64,000 nt of DNA from Peribolospora baueri. Lineage: Eukaryota. How positions within the stretch are numbered: the first letter of the stretch is position 1; each line of letters begins with the position of its first letter. Of the stretch, positions 38,975 to 52,800 are shown piece after piece. Under the pieces are notes generated by a model. The model saw nothing but the letters and a program-made list of their open reading frames with translations. It did not search any database and was not told the origin of the DNA. The stretch is from NCBI GenBank assembly GCA_029717555.1, contig JAMDHS010000010.1, positions 124,001-188,000 on the forward strand, written 5' to 3'. A program made the translations under genes and the position numbers.

Positions 38975-39410
38975 TCAATAATGGTACGGTGGGCTCCTGT
39001 ACGCCGCCGGCGGCGGGTAAGGGTTGCCCCAAGGCGGTGGTGGTGGCGGCCTGGCGTAGGGGCCGGGCCAACGGGCATATCGGTAAGGGACGTGGAGTGC
39101 GGGAGGCCAGCCAGACTTTTTCTCGTCCTCCTCCTTCTTCTTTTTCTCCTCGTCCTCCTTCTTCTTCTTCTCCTCGTCCTCCGTCTTCTTCTTCGTCTGG
39201 CTGTGCTGGTAGGTGCCGATGATGATGAGGAGGAGGAGGACGAACGCGAGGATGCCGCCTATGACACCGCCGACGATGGCGCTGGATGAGGGCGAAAGGG
39301 GGAAAGAAAGGGGGTGAGACGGGAGCGGGGAAACGGAGCGGATGAGAGGGTAGACTGGCTCACGCTGTGTTACTTCCTCCTCCTCCTCCTCCGCCGGTGC
39401 TGTCGGCCAT
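38975..39410 (-). CDS. Small single-pass membrane protein with charged repeat and Pro/Tyr-rich tail, 2 exons
   Basis: MADSTGGGGGGSNTA|AIVGGVIGGILAFVLLLLIIIGTY followed by (EDEEKKKK)-like repeats and PPPPPPWGNPYPPP. The GT-AG intron keeps frame. Confidence 0.65.
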
Positions 39411-41079
39411 GGCCTTGGATGGTTTGTGGGAGGCGACAGGGGGAGAGAGAGGAAGGCGAGGCGGGCGAGGGTAGGGAGGATGGGCGGAGGGAGGGAGTGG
39501 AGGTGGTGGAAGAAGGGAGAGTGGCGAGCGAGGAGGATGGCGAGGAGAAAGGGAAGGGGCGACGCTTTTGAGGCGGCCGCGACGAGCCATGTGGGCGTCA
39601 GCGGCGTCGACTGCATGCCCCTTCTGTCAGCAGCAGCAGCACCGGTCCGGCGTCTGCATCGCGCTCGGGCGTCCGGGGGTGCCGAAGGGGAGAACAAAGG
39701 GACCCACTGACTGGGACTGGTGCTGACTCGCGCATGTCAAGGGACCGAGACCGAGGGCGAGACCGAGGGCGATATAGACAGACAGCGACGGAGCCATCTG
39801 AAAAGGCGCATAATCAGGGACGGCACGCTAGGACGAGGACGAGGTAGAGGCCGAAGCGAGGGACCGAGACGCAAGTGGCAGACGCAGAGAGGAGAGCGAG
39901 GCAAAGCGAAACGAAGCGACGACGGAACGGGCTGACGTTGACGTTAACTGGACTGACTCGGTCGGCGCAAGGAGCGACGGACTGAATGAATGAATGCATG
40001 TCCGTCTTGTCGTCCCGCGACCGACTCGACTCGACTCGACTCCGGAAAGGGAGGGAGGTTGTTTATAGCGACGGGCGGCGGCAAAACGCATTACACGAGT
40101 GTTCGAAAAAAAATACACAAGCAGCGCGCTGTTTCGGCACGCACATCCAGTCAGCCCGCTGTGGTCCATGCACACACACGTGTATCCACACGCGTGCCCC
40201 GTCTTAGCGTAGTCTCCACGGACCTGCGGCAGCAAACAGCGTTGTGTGGACGCTTTCAATCAGAGTCCGAGTCCGAGTCGAGTCGAGAAGCGCGCATCAA
40301 CCCTCGAGTATGCTTACATAACCCCCCACATCTCCCTCCCCTTTCCGGTCCCCCGCTTCTCCTGCTTCTCCCGCTCTCCTGGTCGCAGGGGCCGCGCGCC
40401 GCAGTCCAAGCGTCCATCGAACCCGCGTCCGTCGGATCAATTAAGGCAGGTCGGTCGGGCTTAGGACGTGGGTTGGGTGAGAGCGGTCAGGGTAAACGCT
40501 GGGAGACAGAGTCATGACCCTGACTCGCGATCCACAAACCAAAAACTGCTCGGTGGAAAGCGACGACGCCCCACTCCACTGACCTAGCCTAGCTCGCACC
40601 GGCTCAACTGAACTGAAACGCAACAAGAAAGACCTTCCTCGCGCCGGCGAAACGGGCCCAAACCTGGCATGTTGTGGAGGGGAAAGCGAAAGCGAATGGA
40701 CGGGCGACGGGAGTGAAACCGAAGGACAAGGTGTACGAAAGGACAAAGGCTACTGGTGAAAGGGCGCGAATGGAGAGACGCGAATGGAGAGGGTGAGGTC
40801 TCGTCTGATGTAAAACAGAAGAAAAAAATTGAAACTCAAGGATGGTGGTAGTAATACAGCGCTAGGTCGAAGAAAAGCAAAAGCGGGAGAATGTCCTCCT
40901 TCCGGACACTCAGAAGCGTTCGCTAGGCGACAACAGAGTAGTGAAGATAACTTGAAAACGGTTCGTCATGCAAACACGGAGAGGAGAGGAGATCTGGAAA
41001 TGATGGAGACCGAGAGGCCAGCAAGATGATGGGTAGAGACGACAAGTAAGTGTCAGGAGCGGCCCTGTCTCGCGCCTCG

Positions 41080-42381
41080 TCAGTCGTCGTCGTCGTCCTC
41101 CTCCTCGTCCTCCTCCTCGTCCTCGTCCTCCTCCTCGTCCTCCTCCTCGTCCTCCTCCTCGTCTTCCTCCGTCTCGACACCATCCATCCCCGCCGAACCC
41201 TCCTTGTCAACCGTCCCTCCAGCCATGGCCGCGGCTCCCTTTGCAAGCCAGCCGCGATACTCTTCCCAATTCATGCAAACCTTCTGCGCCCTGTACCTCG
41301 TCAGCCTCAGGCTCCTCCGGATGTCTTCGGTGATCCGCCCGTCAAAGCCCGCCTTGCGGATGCACGAGTCGATCGCCTCGCGCTTCGTCCAGCCTTGTGC
41401 GGGAGCCACGTCCGGCAGGTAAGTGGCCGTGAGCGCCTTGGGGTAATGCGGCGCATAATAGGGCGATTTCAGCGACGTCGGACCGGCTTTGGCAGCCGCG
41501 GGGGGTGAGGCAGGCACGGGCGAGCCTGTGCCGCCGCCGAGAGTGGATAGCAGTCGAGACGCTGCGGACCGTCTCGGCGCCGCCGTCGCAGGTGGCGAGG
41601 CGAGAGAGGAAGAAGAAGCGGAGGCGGAGGAAGAGGAGGGCGTCGGGGTGGGCGACGGGGAGGGTCGGGCGAGGAGAGGGTTGGGAACGTGGATGTAGAT
41701 GCCGTGCTCTCCCAGCGTCCAGTCAAGGTAATCGTCCGCGTCTTCAAAGTCTGTCAGGAGGGAGACTCTGTGAGGAGACGAAAGAAGACAGGGGTGCATC
41801 TGATTGAGCAAGTGGGGAAGGCGGAACGACAAATCGGCGCCGGGACCTGTGGTCTCGATCGACGAGGCAAGCAAGGGCAGCGCGTCCGCTCACCCGCACT
41901 CGAGTCGAGGCAGCTCCTTCTCCGAGATGGGGTTGAACCTGCGGTCTTTGAAGGCGCTGAGGGGGATAGGACGGCAGGGGTAGACATGCCTCAGCTTGAA
42001 CGACGCCAGACTACGCCTAATCCCGCATGGCACAAATGGAAAGCTCGCTCACCTGGTCAGAGCATATTCTCTCAGGCCATCCCACAACCCCTGAGGCTCA
42101 AAGTTGCCGATACAGCCCCTGAGCCTTGGCGAGCCTGTCAACCTGGTGGAAGAGAAGAGGTTCCAAGTGACGAACAGGGGGCTGCGGTTCAGACGGGCGG
42201 CGGGTGTCGTCAGCGAAGCCAATTCGGCCCGATCACGACGAGCGAGAGGGGGGGGGTGGGGCGCTCACTAGTCTTCATCCTCAAAGGTCGGACGGAACGG
42301 CTGGCGGTTCTCAAAGTGGGCGACGAGGGAGTCGAAGCAGTAGTAGCAATGCTCGGGGAGCACTGCGCTCTGCGGCGCCAT
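41080..42381 (-). CDS. AMMECR1-domain protein, 4 exons
   Basis: EHCYYCFDSL, PLFVTW, RLRGCIGNFEP, SAFKDRRFNPISEKELPRLECG|VSLLTDFE..DW..GEHGIYI, ATYLPDVAPAQGWTKREAIDS..RKAG. Acidic tail. Confidence 0.93.
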
Positions 42382-43331
42382 TCGAAGCGGGCGTGGGGGG
42401 TAGGGGAGAGGGGAAGGGAGAGAAAGGGAGGGTGGAGGGGAGGGGGTTGGCTGGTGAGACAGATAGAGATAGATGGAGGTGAGGGAGGAAAGAGGGGCGC
42501 GAGGAAAGGAGGGCAAGGATGGGTAGCGAGTCGCCTCTCAGGAGCCGAGCGACGTTGTCCAAGTGGGGAGACGTGTGTTCGTGCTCGGTCTGTCCGGTCG
42601 GTCTGGCAGGACGAGGGCCGCGCAAGCGGCCTAGGGCGGCCCGGGCGAGGAGGGCGTGGAGAGGAAGGCGAGAGAGGGGCGGGAGGGGGAGGAGTGGGAG
42701 GTGGCGATGATGGGATGGTGGAGAAGAGGGAGGCGGAGGCGGAGGCGGAGGCGAAGGCGAAGGAGACGGAGACGGAGACGGAGACGGAGGTGGGTTTGTC
42801 AGGGGTGGACGTGGAACGTGCGAAGGTTGGGTTACGAACGCTGGCCTCGCCCCACCTCGTCGTCGTCGTCCGCCCCGACGCAGCGCGACCGCTCGCTCGA
42901 TCGTGCTCGGGCGGACACAGCACGTCATCTATCTATCCATGGTGACCCCTCTCGTCAACGGCAAACCTGAGACAGACAAACAGACATCGGATGGGCTTGG
43001 CTTGCGCTCTAGTCTAAACTACAAGGAACCCACATGGCCTACCCCAGTGGACTTGACACGCTGGGGAGCGAATCGTCCGAGGCGGAGCGCAGCGCGGACA
43101 GGACAGACAGACAGACGCAGCAATGCGGCAGGCACTTCAAAGGCACCGAGTTGGAGAAGAGGATAGAATACAACATCGAGCCCAAGCTTCGCTGATCGGT
43201 CCCGAGAGATGAAAGACGACGACGACGCGGACAGAGACCGCATTCAGATTTGACCACCGTTCGAAAAGGGAAGCAAGCGAGCGAGCGAGCAAACGAGCGA
43301 ACGAACTCGAGCGGTAGCAAAACGCGTTTGT

Positions 43332-46096
43332 TCAAAAATCGCCGAGGTCGACTTCCACGTCGGCTCCGTACGCCATGAGCTCCAAGAACCTCGCCGTCGG
43401 CCTCCCCTCGCCCTCTTTCGGCGGCGACAAGGACGAGAACGACAGGGCGCTCTGCGTCGCCCCGTTCGCGTTCGCGCCGTTCATCCCGTTGCGCTTGGGC
43501 ACCGGAGCGCCAGGGGCGGCGGGAGAGGCCATGCCGCTCTTACTGGCCGACGAGTGCCGGCTCCTGAGGCGCCTCTTCTCCTCGAGCCTCCTCGCTTCTG
43601 CGCGCTTCATCGCCTCCCAGTTGGCCTTCCTGTTCCGCTCGTTCATCTCGGCCATCAATTTGCCCTCATCGATCACCTTCATCTGTCCGCCGCCGGCCCC
43701 CGGTCCGCCCGTCCCAGCTTGCACCGTCGCGGGCAAGCCCGCACTCACCGCCTGCTTCTCCGCTTCGATCATGGCCATATCTTGCAGCTCGCCATCGATC
43801 CGCTCCACCTCCGCCACATTGTTCTCCAGCGCCGCCGCAGTGCGTGCCGCCAGCAGCCTAGCGCGTTCCATAGGGATGTTGACGGTCGGCTTGGTGATCT
43901 GTCGACGACGTTCGAGCATCTTTTGGATGTCGGCCTTGGGACGCGACGGATCGGGTGAAGAGGAAGGATGGACGGATGAGTCGAAAAACTCGATCGGCGG
44001 GCCAGCCGTGGACAAAGGAAGGGCGCGCGGTCGGGCTCGCTTACCTCCGTACGAACGTAGTCCCGAGCATCGAGCAACAACTCGCGGCGCGCCTTGAGAG
44101 CCTTGCGCAGAGGCATGATCTGCCCCTCCTCGCGCATCACTGCCAGCCATCGTCGAAACTCGTCCTGTATACCGGTCGGTCGCATGAAGGGCTCGAACTT
44201 AGACTCTGGATCGGCTCTCGCCCGCGCCTACGGTCCTAGACACGATGCTCTCACCTCGGTGAACGGCGAATTGCTGACATACTCCATCGTGAACACCTTC
44301 TCCGCCTTGCCGTGCTTGAGCAGCAGTCCAGCGTTGGCACGGCCGTCGCCGAACTTGTATGAACGATCTTTGACCGTCACGTCCTTGACCTCGCAGACGC
44401 GGTACGTCGGCCTGCCGGACCTGTCATTGCCGATCATGTAACGGACAAAGGCGCCTGCGAAGGACGAGAGGGAAGAGAAAAGCGACGATCGGTCGGTTCG
44501 TCAATCCTCCAGCATAAGCGCTACATACTCGGACGCCCGAGGAGAGGGAGGAAGGAATTATCACCACTAACCTTTGACCCATTCGCTAAACTTGGGCCAT
44601 AGATGCCGTTCCTCCATGAAAGAGCGACCGACTCTGGCGCCCTCGATGTCAGCGAGAACAGGAAGCTCGGACCTGAGGCGGGCCTCTTCTTCAAAGTCCT
44701 TGCGCTGGAACTTGTCATATTCCCCTTCCTCTTCGTCCGAGTATTCCGACCCCGATGACGAGCTCGAACGCCGTCGCCCGGTCGGCGAGTCGCGCCTCTT
44801 GCCTCCCGCCTTGGCCTGGCGTCTCTTCTTCAAAGTCTCGAGCGTGTCTTTCTTCTTCTGCGAAGCGCCCACCTGCGTCTTCCTCCCTGTGAGCGAGTGA
44901 AGAAGAACACCAGGCCGAACGAGAGCCGTTCCATCCGGTCAGGTTAGACGTTGCCTACCGTCAAGCCCCGGAAGCGTAGCGTGGCCAGCCTTTGCGACCG
45001 TTTAACTCACTCGACTTAGCGGTGCTCGCGACAGTCTCCCCGCGTTGCGCCTTGGCGAGCCTCGCGAGTTCGATGCGCTGGCTGCGCTTCGTCATCTCCT
45101 CGTCACGCTCCGCCAGGATCTCTTCGCGTTCGATTTCGTTCATCGACAGCAACCTGAAGATGCGTCATGACGTGAGGCGATGAGCACATTGGATCGTTGG
45201 GCGGAGTGAGAGGTCTCAGATAACGCACCTCTCGCGATCCTCCTCGTCCTTGTACTTGCTCTCAAGAGGGTACGGGTTCGGAATCTCTTCATCGCTATCC
45301 TCCGCGCCGCTCGCTCGCTCGCCTTCGTCGGACGTACTGTGCGGGCCAGGAGAAGGCCAGCCAGAGGTGGTTGGGAACATTAGTGGAAAAAATGCGAAGA
45401 CGGACGGCGCGAAAGAAAGGCCAGCTAGCCAAGGCCCGGTCGACCTTCGACGAGCGATCGATCCGGTTGAAGGAAAATCCGGTCCACTCACTCGTCCCTC
45501 CTCCTCTTCCTCCCAAAGCCACTGCCCCTCGCGAGCCTTAACCTTCCGCTCTTGCCAACCCCCATCGCCCCACCGGGACTGTCCGCCCGGTCTCCCGAGC
45601 GGGCGCGACGCTTAGCCACAGATGGACCCCATCCGTCATCATGATCATCATCATGATCATCATCGTCGTCGTCGTCGTCGCGCGTGCCGCGAACAGCACT
45701 CGAACCGGCGCCAGCGCCGGTGCCAGGAGCGGCAGCAGCAACAGACGCTCTGCCGGGGAAGGATGCGCTGGGCTCTTCGTCGGACGAGACGTCCATGTCC
45801 TCCCCCGAGCCCGAGTCGTAGCCCGCCGTCGCGGTAGGGCCGCCTCCAGCACCGCCCGTACCACCACCACCACCGCCACCACTACCGCCACCGCCACCGT
45901 CACTGCCGCCGCCGCCACCGCCGCCGCCACCACCGCCGCCGCTGCCACTCCCTTCTGGTCCGGGACTCGAACCATACCCGTGTCCATGGCCATGGCCAAG
46001 ACCGTGCGAGTGGGAGTGAGAACGCCTGCCTCCACCGTCCTCCTCGCCCGGATCGACGAGGGCGAGGAGCTCGTCATCCACGTCTTGACGTGCCAT
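43332..46096 (-). CDS. RTF1: Paf1 complex subunit Rtf1 (Plus3 domain), multi-exon
   Basis: MARQDVDDELLAL, NPYPLESKYKDEEDRE|RLLSMNEIEREEILAER (HMD region), Plus3 GAFVRYMIG..PTYRVCEV..LLLKHGKAEKVFTMEYVSNSPFTE, MAEMNERNRKAN, C-terminal VEVDLGDF. Confidence 0.92.
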
Positions 46097-46835
46097 CTCG
46101 ACTCGACTCGGATTTTCCCTATTGAGATATTGCGATATTTAGATTGAGATTGCGATGGCGCGAGAAGGCGCCGCGCCGGGATGGGTTGGGTTGGGCAGAC
46201 GAGAAAGAGGGAAAGGAACGAAGGGACGGACGGAAGGGCGGACGGACGGACGACAGGCGCCGCGAAGGGTGGTGGTAGGAGGGGCCGAGTGGGTCGGGCG
46301 AACGAGTGAGATTCAGAGGGCGGGAAGGAGATGTAGGAGGGAGGAGACGAGGTCGAGTTGGTCGCTTGGTGCGCCGGATTCCTGTACCATCATCGGTGGT
46401 GGCCGACGAGACGGACGAGACACCTTCGACACATGCGTGCCGCAGCAAATCGCTTCCGTTGTTAAGTACTTACGCGTTAGGTCCGTTGAAAGGGTCGTCT
46501 TCAAACCGAGGTTTGGTTGTCCGACAAACGCGTGTGGCAAAAGGACCAGACAGAGTTGGATGATTGTTCATGAGTATTCAGATACAAGGGACCAAGCAGG
46601 AGAATGCGTGTGACTCAACGTCGTGTTGGATCAGACGCGAGCGCCGACAGACGACAGGGGGCGAGGGCTGCATATATACATACGGCGCAACAGAGAGCGT
46701 AGAGAAAACGGAGCAAAGGGTTGAGTTCACAACCCAAAGGAGAGCGTAGGGGAAATAAGGGGGAGGGCAGGGAGGGCCAGGAAAAAGGGCTACAGACATG
46801 CGTTAACAACGCGAATCTCGTCCGCTTTCCCCTTT

Positions 46836-48007
46836 TCACGCGAGAATGGCCAAACCGCCGGCGATGGCGGCGGCGACGACTCCAGTAGAGACCCCCGCGG
46901 ATAGCAAAGAGCCGACCGACGAGGCGGCGTTGCCTTTCGCCGAGCTCGAGGCTTTGTCGCCCGACTGGACCGTGGAGGGGACTTTGCCGTCTGTATGTAG
47001 TCGGGTTCGAAGGGGCGAATAAGGAGTGAGCGAGGGAGAGGGACGGTGAACAGGGAAGAGAGACGAGGCGAGAAAGGCATGGAGGATGGGATGGGACGGG
47101 GACTCACCGGTGAAGCTGTTACCGCACTTGCCGGCCACCGCCGAGCTGATACTGGGGCTGTTGCCGGAAGCGCTGGTGGCGTTGGTGGCGTTGAGAAGAG
47201 GGGACCAGGTGGCCCAAATGGCATGGTTGCAGTCGGTGCAGGTGATGTTGGCGGGCAAGTTTTCCAGCTGAGTCAAGGTGGTTGTGTTGGCGGAGGTGAT
47301 GGTGTTGGTGGTGATGGGCTGACCGGTGAAGTTCTGGATGTTGTACAGCGTCTCGATGGCGCAGTTCTCCTTGTTCTTGCTGTCCTGCATACAGAGGCCC
47401 TTGCGCACGGTCGTGTAGTTGGTCACGATGACGTCCAGCAGCGTCACAACTGGTTGGCCGCTGGAAAGCTCGGACGAGCAGCCACTATGAATGGTGTTCT
47501 GAGTGCTTTCAATCGTGGCGTTTGTGCACGGCGTCGTGGACGTGCACAGCTGGGTCACCCACGAGTCGAGCGGCGGCACGATCGAGCCGCTGACGGGCAG
47601 GAAGAAGCGAAGCGTGACGGGTGAGCGTTCCGGACGCGATCGAACGATCGACTCGACGCATGACGGGCTAAGATGGACGACGACGACTGTCTTGCTCACC
47701 TAGCAGAGAGGACGCTGACAAGGCCTCCTACGTTCGAGCAGGTGGAGAAATCACCGTTCATCAAGCCGGCGAGGGTGGTTTGGCAGCCCGAGGAGACGCT
47801 GCCAGACGGGATGTGTCGCGAAGGGTGAATGGGAGGCGGCGAGGACAGAGCAAGTCAGTGCTGTCCGCACATGCCTTCTGATATGCTACCGTCCTTCACT
47901 CACCCATTCAGAAGTCCACCACCCAACTGGGCCTCGACACCGCTGGCAGCGTAGAGGCCAGCGGAAGCGACGAGCAAAGACGAGACGAGGGCGAGTCGGG
48001 GCGCCAT
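46836..48007 (-). CDS. Secreted Cys-containing, probably GPI-anchored cell-surface protein, 4 exons
   Basis: Signal peptide MAPRLALVSSLLVASAGLYAASGVEAQ. Cys-spaced domain (SSGCQTTL..FSTC..LCTSTTPC..GC..LC..NC..CTDC..KCG), N-glycosylation sites, Ser-rich spacer and hydrophobic C-terminus VVAAAIAGGLAILA. Confidence 0.8.
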
Positions 48008-49819
48008 GTTGTGCGATGTGGCGGTGATGCGACGAGAAGAAGGATGTGGGGGAACGAGGAGGCGGTGGAGGCAAGCGAAGTGGATCGGAAGAGCTCTCGG
48101 AAAAGCTTGTCTGTTGTATGCGGTTGCGGACGGAGGTGCGCTGACGGTGGCGACTGCGTAAGGTGGTGGTGGTGGAGAAGGAAGACAGGCGGAAGGAGGC
48201 TCGAGGAGGAAGGGCTGTAAGTAGTGTAGAGGCGAGTGCAGGGCGGATACCGGGAGAAGGGGGGGATGTCCGTTATAGAAACGATCGGTGGTCGGCTGCC
48301 GTGTTCGTGTTCGTCTCGGCGAGAGGCAATCAATCCCAAATCAAAGTGGAGGGAGTAGTTGATCTAGTCCAGTTCGATAACTAAGAGGGGGCCAGAGGGA
48401 CTGCGCGCGTTGCGTTGCGTTGCCGGACTACGGAGCGGCGGCGGGCGGAAGGGAAAGAGCGGGGAGGGACGAATGGCTGTGCGAGAGCGAGAGCGATGGC
48501 GACGGTCGGAAGGACGAGCAGATCAGGGCCGGCCGTCCAGCCGGCGACGCCGACGCCCTCGTTCGTTCGTTCGTTCGTTCGTTCGTTCATGGCCCTGGAC
48601 CGGTGACGACGACGACGGCGGTTGCCGGCTCGACGAGGGGCATCTGTTTCAGGCAGGCGATCGATCGGACGGGGACGAGTGGGAAGCGACTGTTAACCCG
48701 GCGGCGGATTCGCTTTTGCGTAATTGCTTTTCTCGTCCATCTCATGTCGCAGCCAGGCCAAGCAAGAGCGCGGCGAGCAGGCACACCGGCTGGGCTGGGC
48801 TGGGTTCGCTCACGACGGTCTCGGCTTTGGTCGTCGTCAAGACGCTCGTTCGCTCGCCCACCTACGCAACTAGATAGATGACTCAGCCATGCAACCCAAT
48901 CCATCGCCACGACGAGAAGGGAAGCGGGGGAAGCAAGGCAGCGCTGCTTACATAACACAGGACCCCGACCCCCCAAATCACCCTCCGTCCCCATCTGGCT
49001 CAAATGGGCGGGACCTAGTGTGTCTTCCAGTCGCTCCGACGGCCCGCCTTGCCGAACAGAGCGGACCGAGTCGTATGCGAACAAGCAAAGAAGCAAGCAA
49101 GCAACGCACGCACGCGCCGAGCACCTCTCGAGAGTGCTGTCTTCCATGGGCTCCATGCACATGCACATATTGTAACACGCTGGACGGAAACTCGCGCACC
49201 GGACTGTCGAATTTCCTTCTCTCTCTCAGTTGGCTTGGCCCGCTCGACTCCTCCGCTCGGCCCGACCCGACCGACGGCGACGGCGAGCCCCTTCCGACGA
49301 TCTGACCGACGAACTCCGGTTCACTTTGTTTGCTCCCAACCGATCGATCTCCGTCCGCACCCTTTTGATGCGCGGTTTCATCCCAGAGCAGACATCCTGT
49401 ATCCAATTCTACACAAGACAGTACGGACCAACCCTCCTCCTCGCCATAAGTAGACACATATGAAATGACGGCAAGAGATGGAGCGAGAGGGAGTGAATTA
49501 GACGGATGGGTGGGTGGAGACAGGAAGGATGGTTCCCGTACGGTCGTGACCAGATCACCCTGGAATAGAAAGGAGACGAAACGAAATCACCGAGGACGTG
49601 CCGTGCCGACCAAAATGAGACCTCCATAATGCAAGAAGAGCGCCAGAGAAGGAGAACAGCCAAGTTGCAACCCCCTCCATATGTCCCACGTAATCAAGAG
49701 AACCGTCCGGCGCGCACCCAGTAATGAAGGAAGAACCCAAGCCGATTTCAAAACGCGGGAGACGAGCGAAAGCAACGCCCTTAACAGCTATCCCGTTGTG
49801 GACGATAGGCACGACCCTT

Positions 49820-52800
49820 TTACACCCTGCCAGGACCGCTGACCACATGGCCTTCGTATTCAGGCGCTTCCACATCCACCTCGACCTCGTCCGCTGGCGG
49901 CGCAGATGCATAAGCCGGCAGGAGAGGCACGGCCATGCAGGCGTGCGACGGCGGCGCGGCGTCCAGTTCATGCGGCGAGGAAGCAATGAGGCGGAGCGCC
50001 GCCAGACGTTCCGCTTCGTATTCGCGATCCTTCTCCGACCTCGCCGCCTGCCGAGCTGCTGCTTCCTCTCCTGTCCAAGATGTGACCACCCCCTCCTCCT
50101 TGCACCAAGGCGGCGGTGGGAATGAGGAAGGAGGCCGACTGGACGACGACGTAGAATACCTAGATCCCGCCGTCTTGCCCGTCGCAGAGTCGAAGGATGA
50201 GGACAGAGGAGGGAAGGAGCTAGAGTAGGAGCCAGTCGACGTCGTCGTCGCCGAGCTCTCGTCATCTTCTCCAGGCATAGGCGGCGCACTCGGTATAGAA
50301 TCGGTCGAACGCGAATGAGCCGCCCCATGTCGAGTGGCGCCAGAGCTAGACGGAGAAGCTGAGGAAAATAGTGACGAGGTAGGGCTGCTTCTCGGGCGAT
50401 AAGGCTGGTCAAATGGCGAGAAGGTGGGCGCGAGTGGCTCAGGCGGAGCAGGAAGGACTCCTTTGCCCTTGTCGACGCAACGTGCCACGGCCGGCGGAGA
50501 CGACGAAGAGGGAAAAACGACGCGAGAGGACGAGTTTGCGATCCCAGAGTTGCAGTGGCCGAACGAGATATCGTCCTCCACTGCACGTTCAAATCCGTCT
50601 TCGTCGACGAACAGAGGCGGCGCAGACGGCGCGCCGCTTCCATCGTGCCCACTCGCTGCATCGCCCTCCTCCTCCACCCCACAATGCCCCTGCCCTGAAG
50701 CCCACCTCTCCTGTGCGGGCCCCCGGGTAAAGGGCCTCTGTACAGGCGGCACGCTTCCGCCGGTCGAAATCTGTCTCAGCACGGCCTTCTCATCCGTGGC
50801 GATGTGAGCAGTTGTAGCGGTCGATGCTGCTGGCACGTCTGTCGATGAAGAAGTGGCGTAAGGGTCCGGCGGAGGAGAAGATGGGAGGGAAAGATCGTCC
50901 AGGACAGAAGGGTCTCCGGCGAGGAAAGCGTGGTCGAGGCCGGGGGCATCGAGCGAGTGCGTCCGACGAGTACCGCTAATCCCGTTCGAGGATATCCCAC
51001 CACCTGCCGCCACCGTCATCTCAGCACATCTCCTCTTGACATCCCCCGCTGCCGGCGCTCCGCTCTCGAGGAGCGGGTCACGGAAATCGCCCCTCTCTTC
51101 CCTACTGCTGACCCGCCCAAAGCCCATCGCCTCCGCCTCCCTCCTTCGCCGCACGATCGCTTCCGCATCCCCGTCCGAGTCCACCTGACCGAAAACCGAG
51201 CCGGGTCGAGAGAATGAGACGTAACCATGCTCGGCGCCATCGACGGCCCTCGCGGTCCGTCTACCTTGTGAACCTCGCTCCAATGCGGCAGCGTCGAGGC
51301 GTGTAGTGCTCTGCAACACGACCGCCGTGGGCCTGTAAGCAGGAGGAAACTGCGGAATCACATTGGGCGCGACGGCAATGGCGGCCGGCGCGTGAGTAGT
51401 GAAGGAAGCGAGGTTCGACATTCCTGACAAACCAGATGCGCCGCTTCGTCCGCCGCGGTCGACGCCGGCGGCCGCCGCCGTGGAAGAGACAGGCACGCCA
51501 GCGAGACGAAGGTCGACCATCGAGTCTCTAGAGGCGGGGTCCAAGAGGAATTCACCCACGTCGACGCCCCGTCGAGAGCGTCCGGAGTGGAAGGAGTAAA
51601 CGGACCCCGTGTCGAGAGGGTTATTGACAGTCGGTAGTGACAGCCCACCAGTGACGGTAGGACGCGGCGAACGGTTAGATTGGCGGTCGAACGATGGTCG
51701 GGTGACGGTGGTTCGAGTCGACGTGGATCGTCGCAAACTAGGGCTGTCTGTCTCGTCGTCCAGCGAGCCCAGTCGGCCGGAACCGTCATTCGCCCTACTG
51801 ACCCTAGAAACTCGGCGTCTCCGCGCCGCCGTCGCCTCTCCCTGCACCGTCCTGCCGTCCTGTTCGATGACCTCCTCCACGACAACGGTCGACCGCCTAG
51901 CCTTACGTCTCACTCGTCTTCTCAACGCACCCACGCTCCGAACCATGCGACCGCTCGACTTTTTTGCGCCGCTCCTCCTCCGGTCCTTCTCATCCTCCGT
52001 ATCTGACCCGGAGTCGCTGCGGTCGTGGTCGGCGCGTCGTCGCGATGACCGCCTCAACCGATCAAGACCATCCCTCCACCTGTTCCTGCCCTTGCTCTTC
52101 CCCCGCGCCTTGCCCGTCCCCGTCTCCAGCCCATCCCCGTCCGCGTCCTCGCCGTCTCGGCCGACATCGCCTAGTTTGTCCTTGTCCCGCGCCGATTTTT
52201 TCTTGATCGCCTTCTTCCTGCGCACGAGGACACTGGCGATGATGGTAGCAACGATGAACGAGGAGAGGACGACGGAGGTGATGATGATGCTTCTCGAGTC
52301 GTAGAACTTTGTCCGGTCGTTCGGCTGCCAGCCGGCGGGGATGGAGGTGGCATGGAGAGCGGCAGTGCTCACGCCGGAAAATTGAGAAATGACTTGGTGG
52401 GGCATCTCGGCCAAGTTGATGGAGGCGTCGAGCGACGGTGACTTAGTGGGCCGGGATATGAATGGGTAGGCGGGTGTGTACGAAGATGAAGGGGTCGGTA
52501 TATGCTCGTTGACAAGGCGGGGAAGAACTGTCGGGATGGGAGCCGATGGAGAGGACCAAAAGTTCGACTCGGCTGCGAGGACGGCTTCGTCATGCTTCCG
52601 CCTCTCCGATGCCGTAGAGTCCTGTGGCCGGCGATGCCAGGCGTTATCGACGACGTCCAAAGCCCTACGCTTCCCTTTGCTGTCCTCGACGTCCACTTGG
52701 GTAGGCGAAGTGGGAGCGGCGCGAACGTGGCCAAGCAAGGATGAATCGACGGCGAGTGCGAGGGTAGTAGCGAAGAACGTGAGAGGACTGAAAGGGTGGC

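Noticed and set aside
41689..42945. 418-aa + strand ORF (likewise 4780-5637, 36607-37779, 43375-44097)
   Set aside because: Antisense shadows of well-supported genes in a GC-rich genome.
43332..46096. Functional link between RTF1 (H2B ubiquitylation) and the H2B-like gene
   Set aside because: They are about 28 kb apart with many unrelated genes between, so this is likely coincidence.
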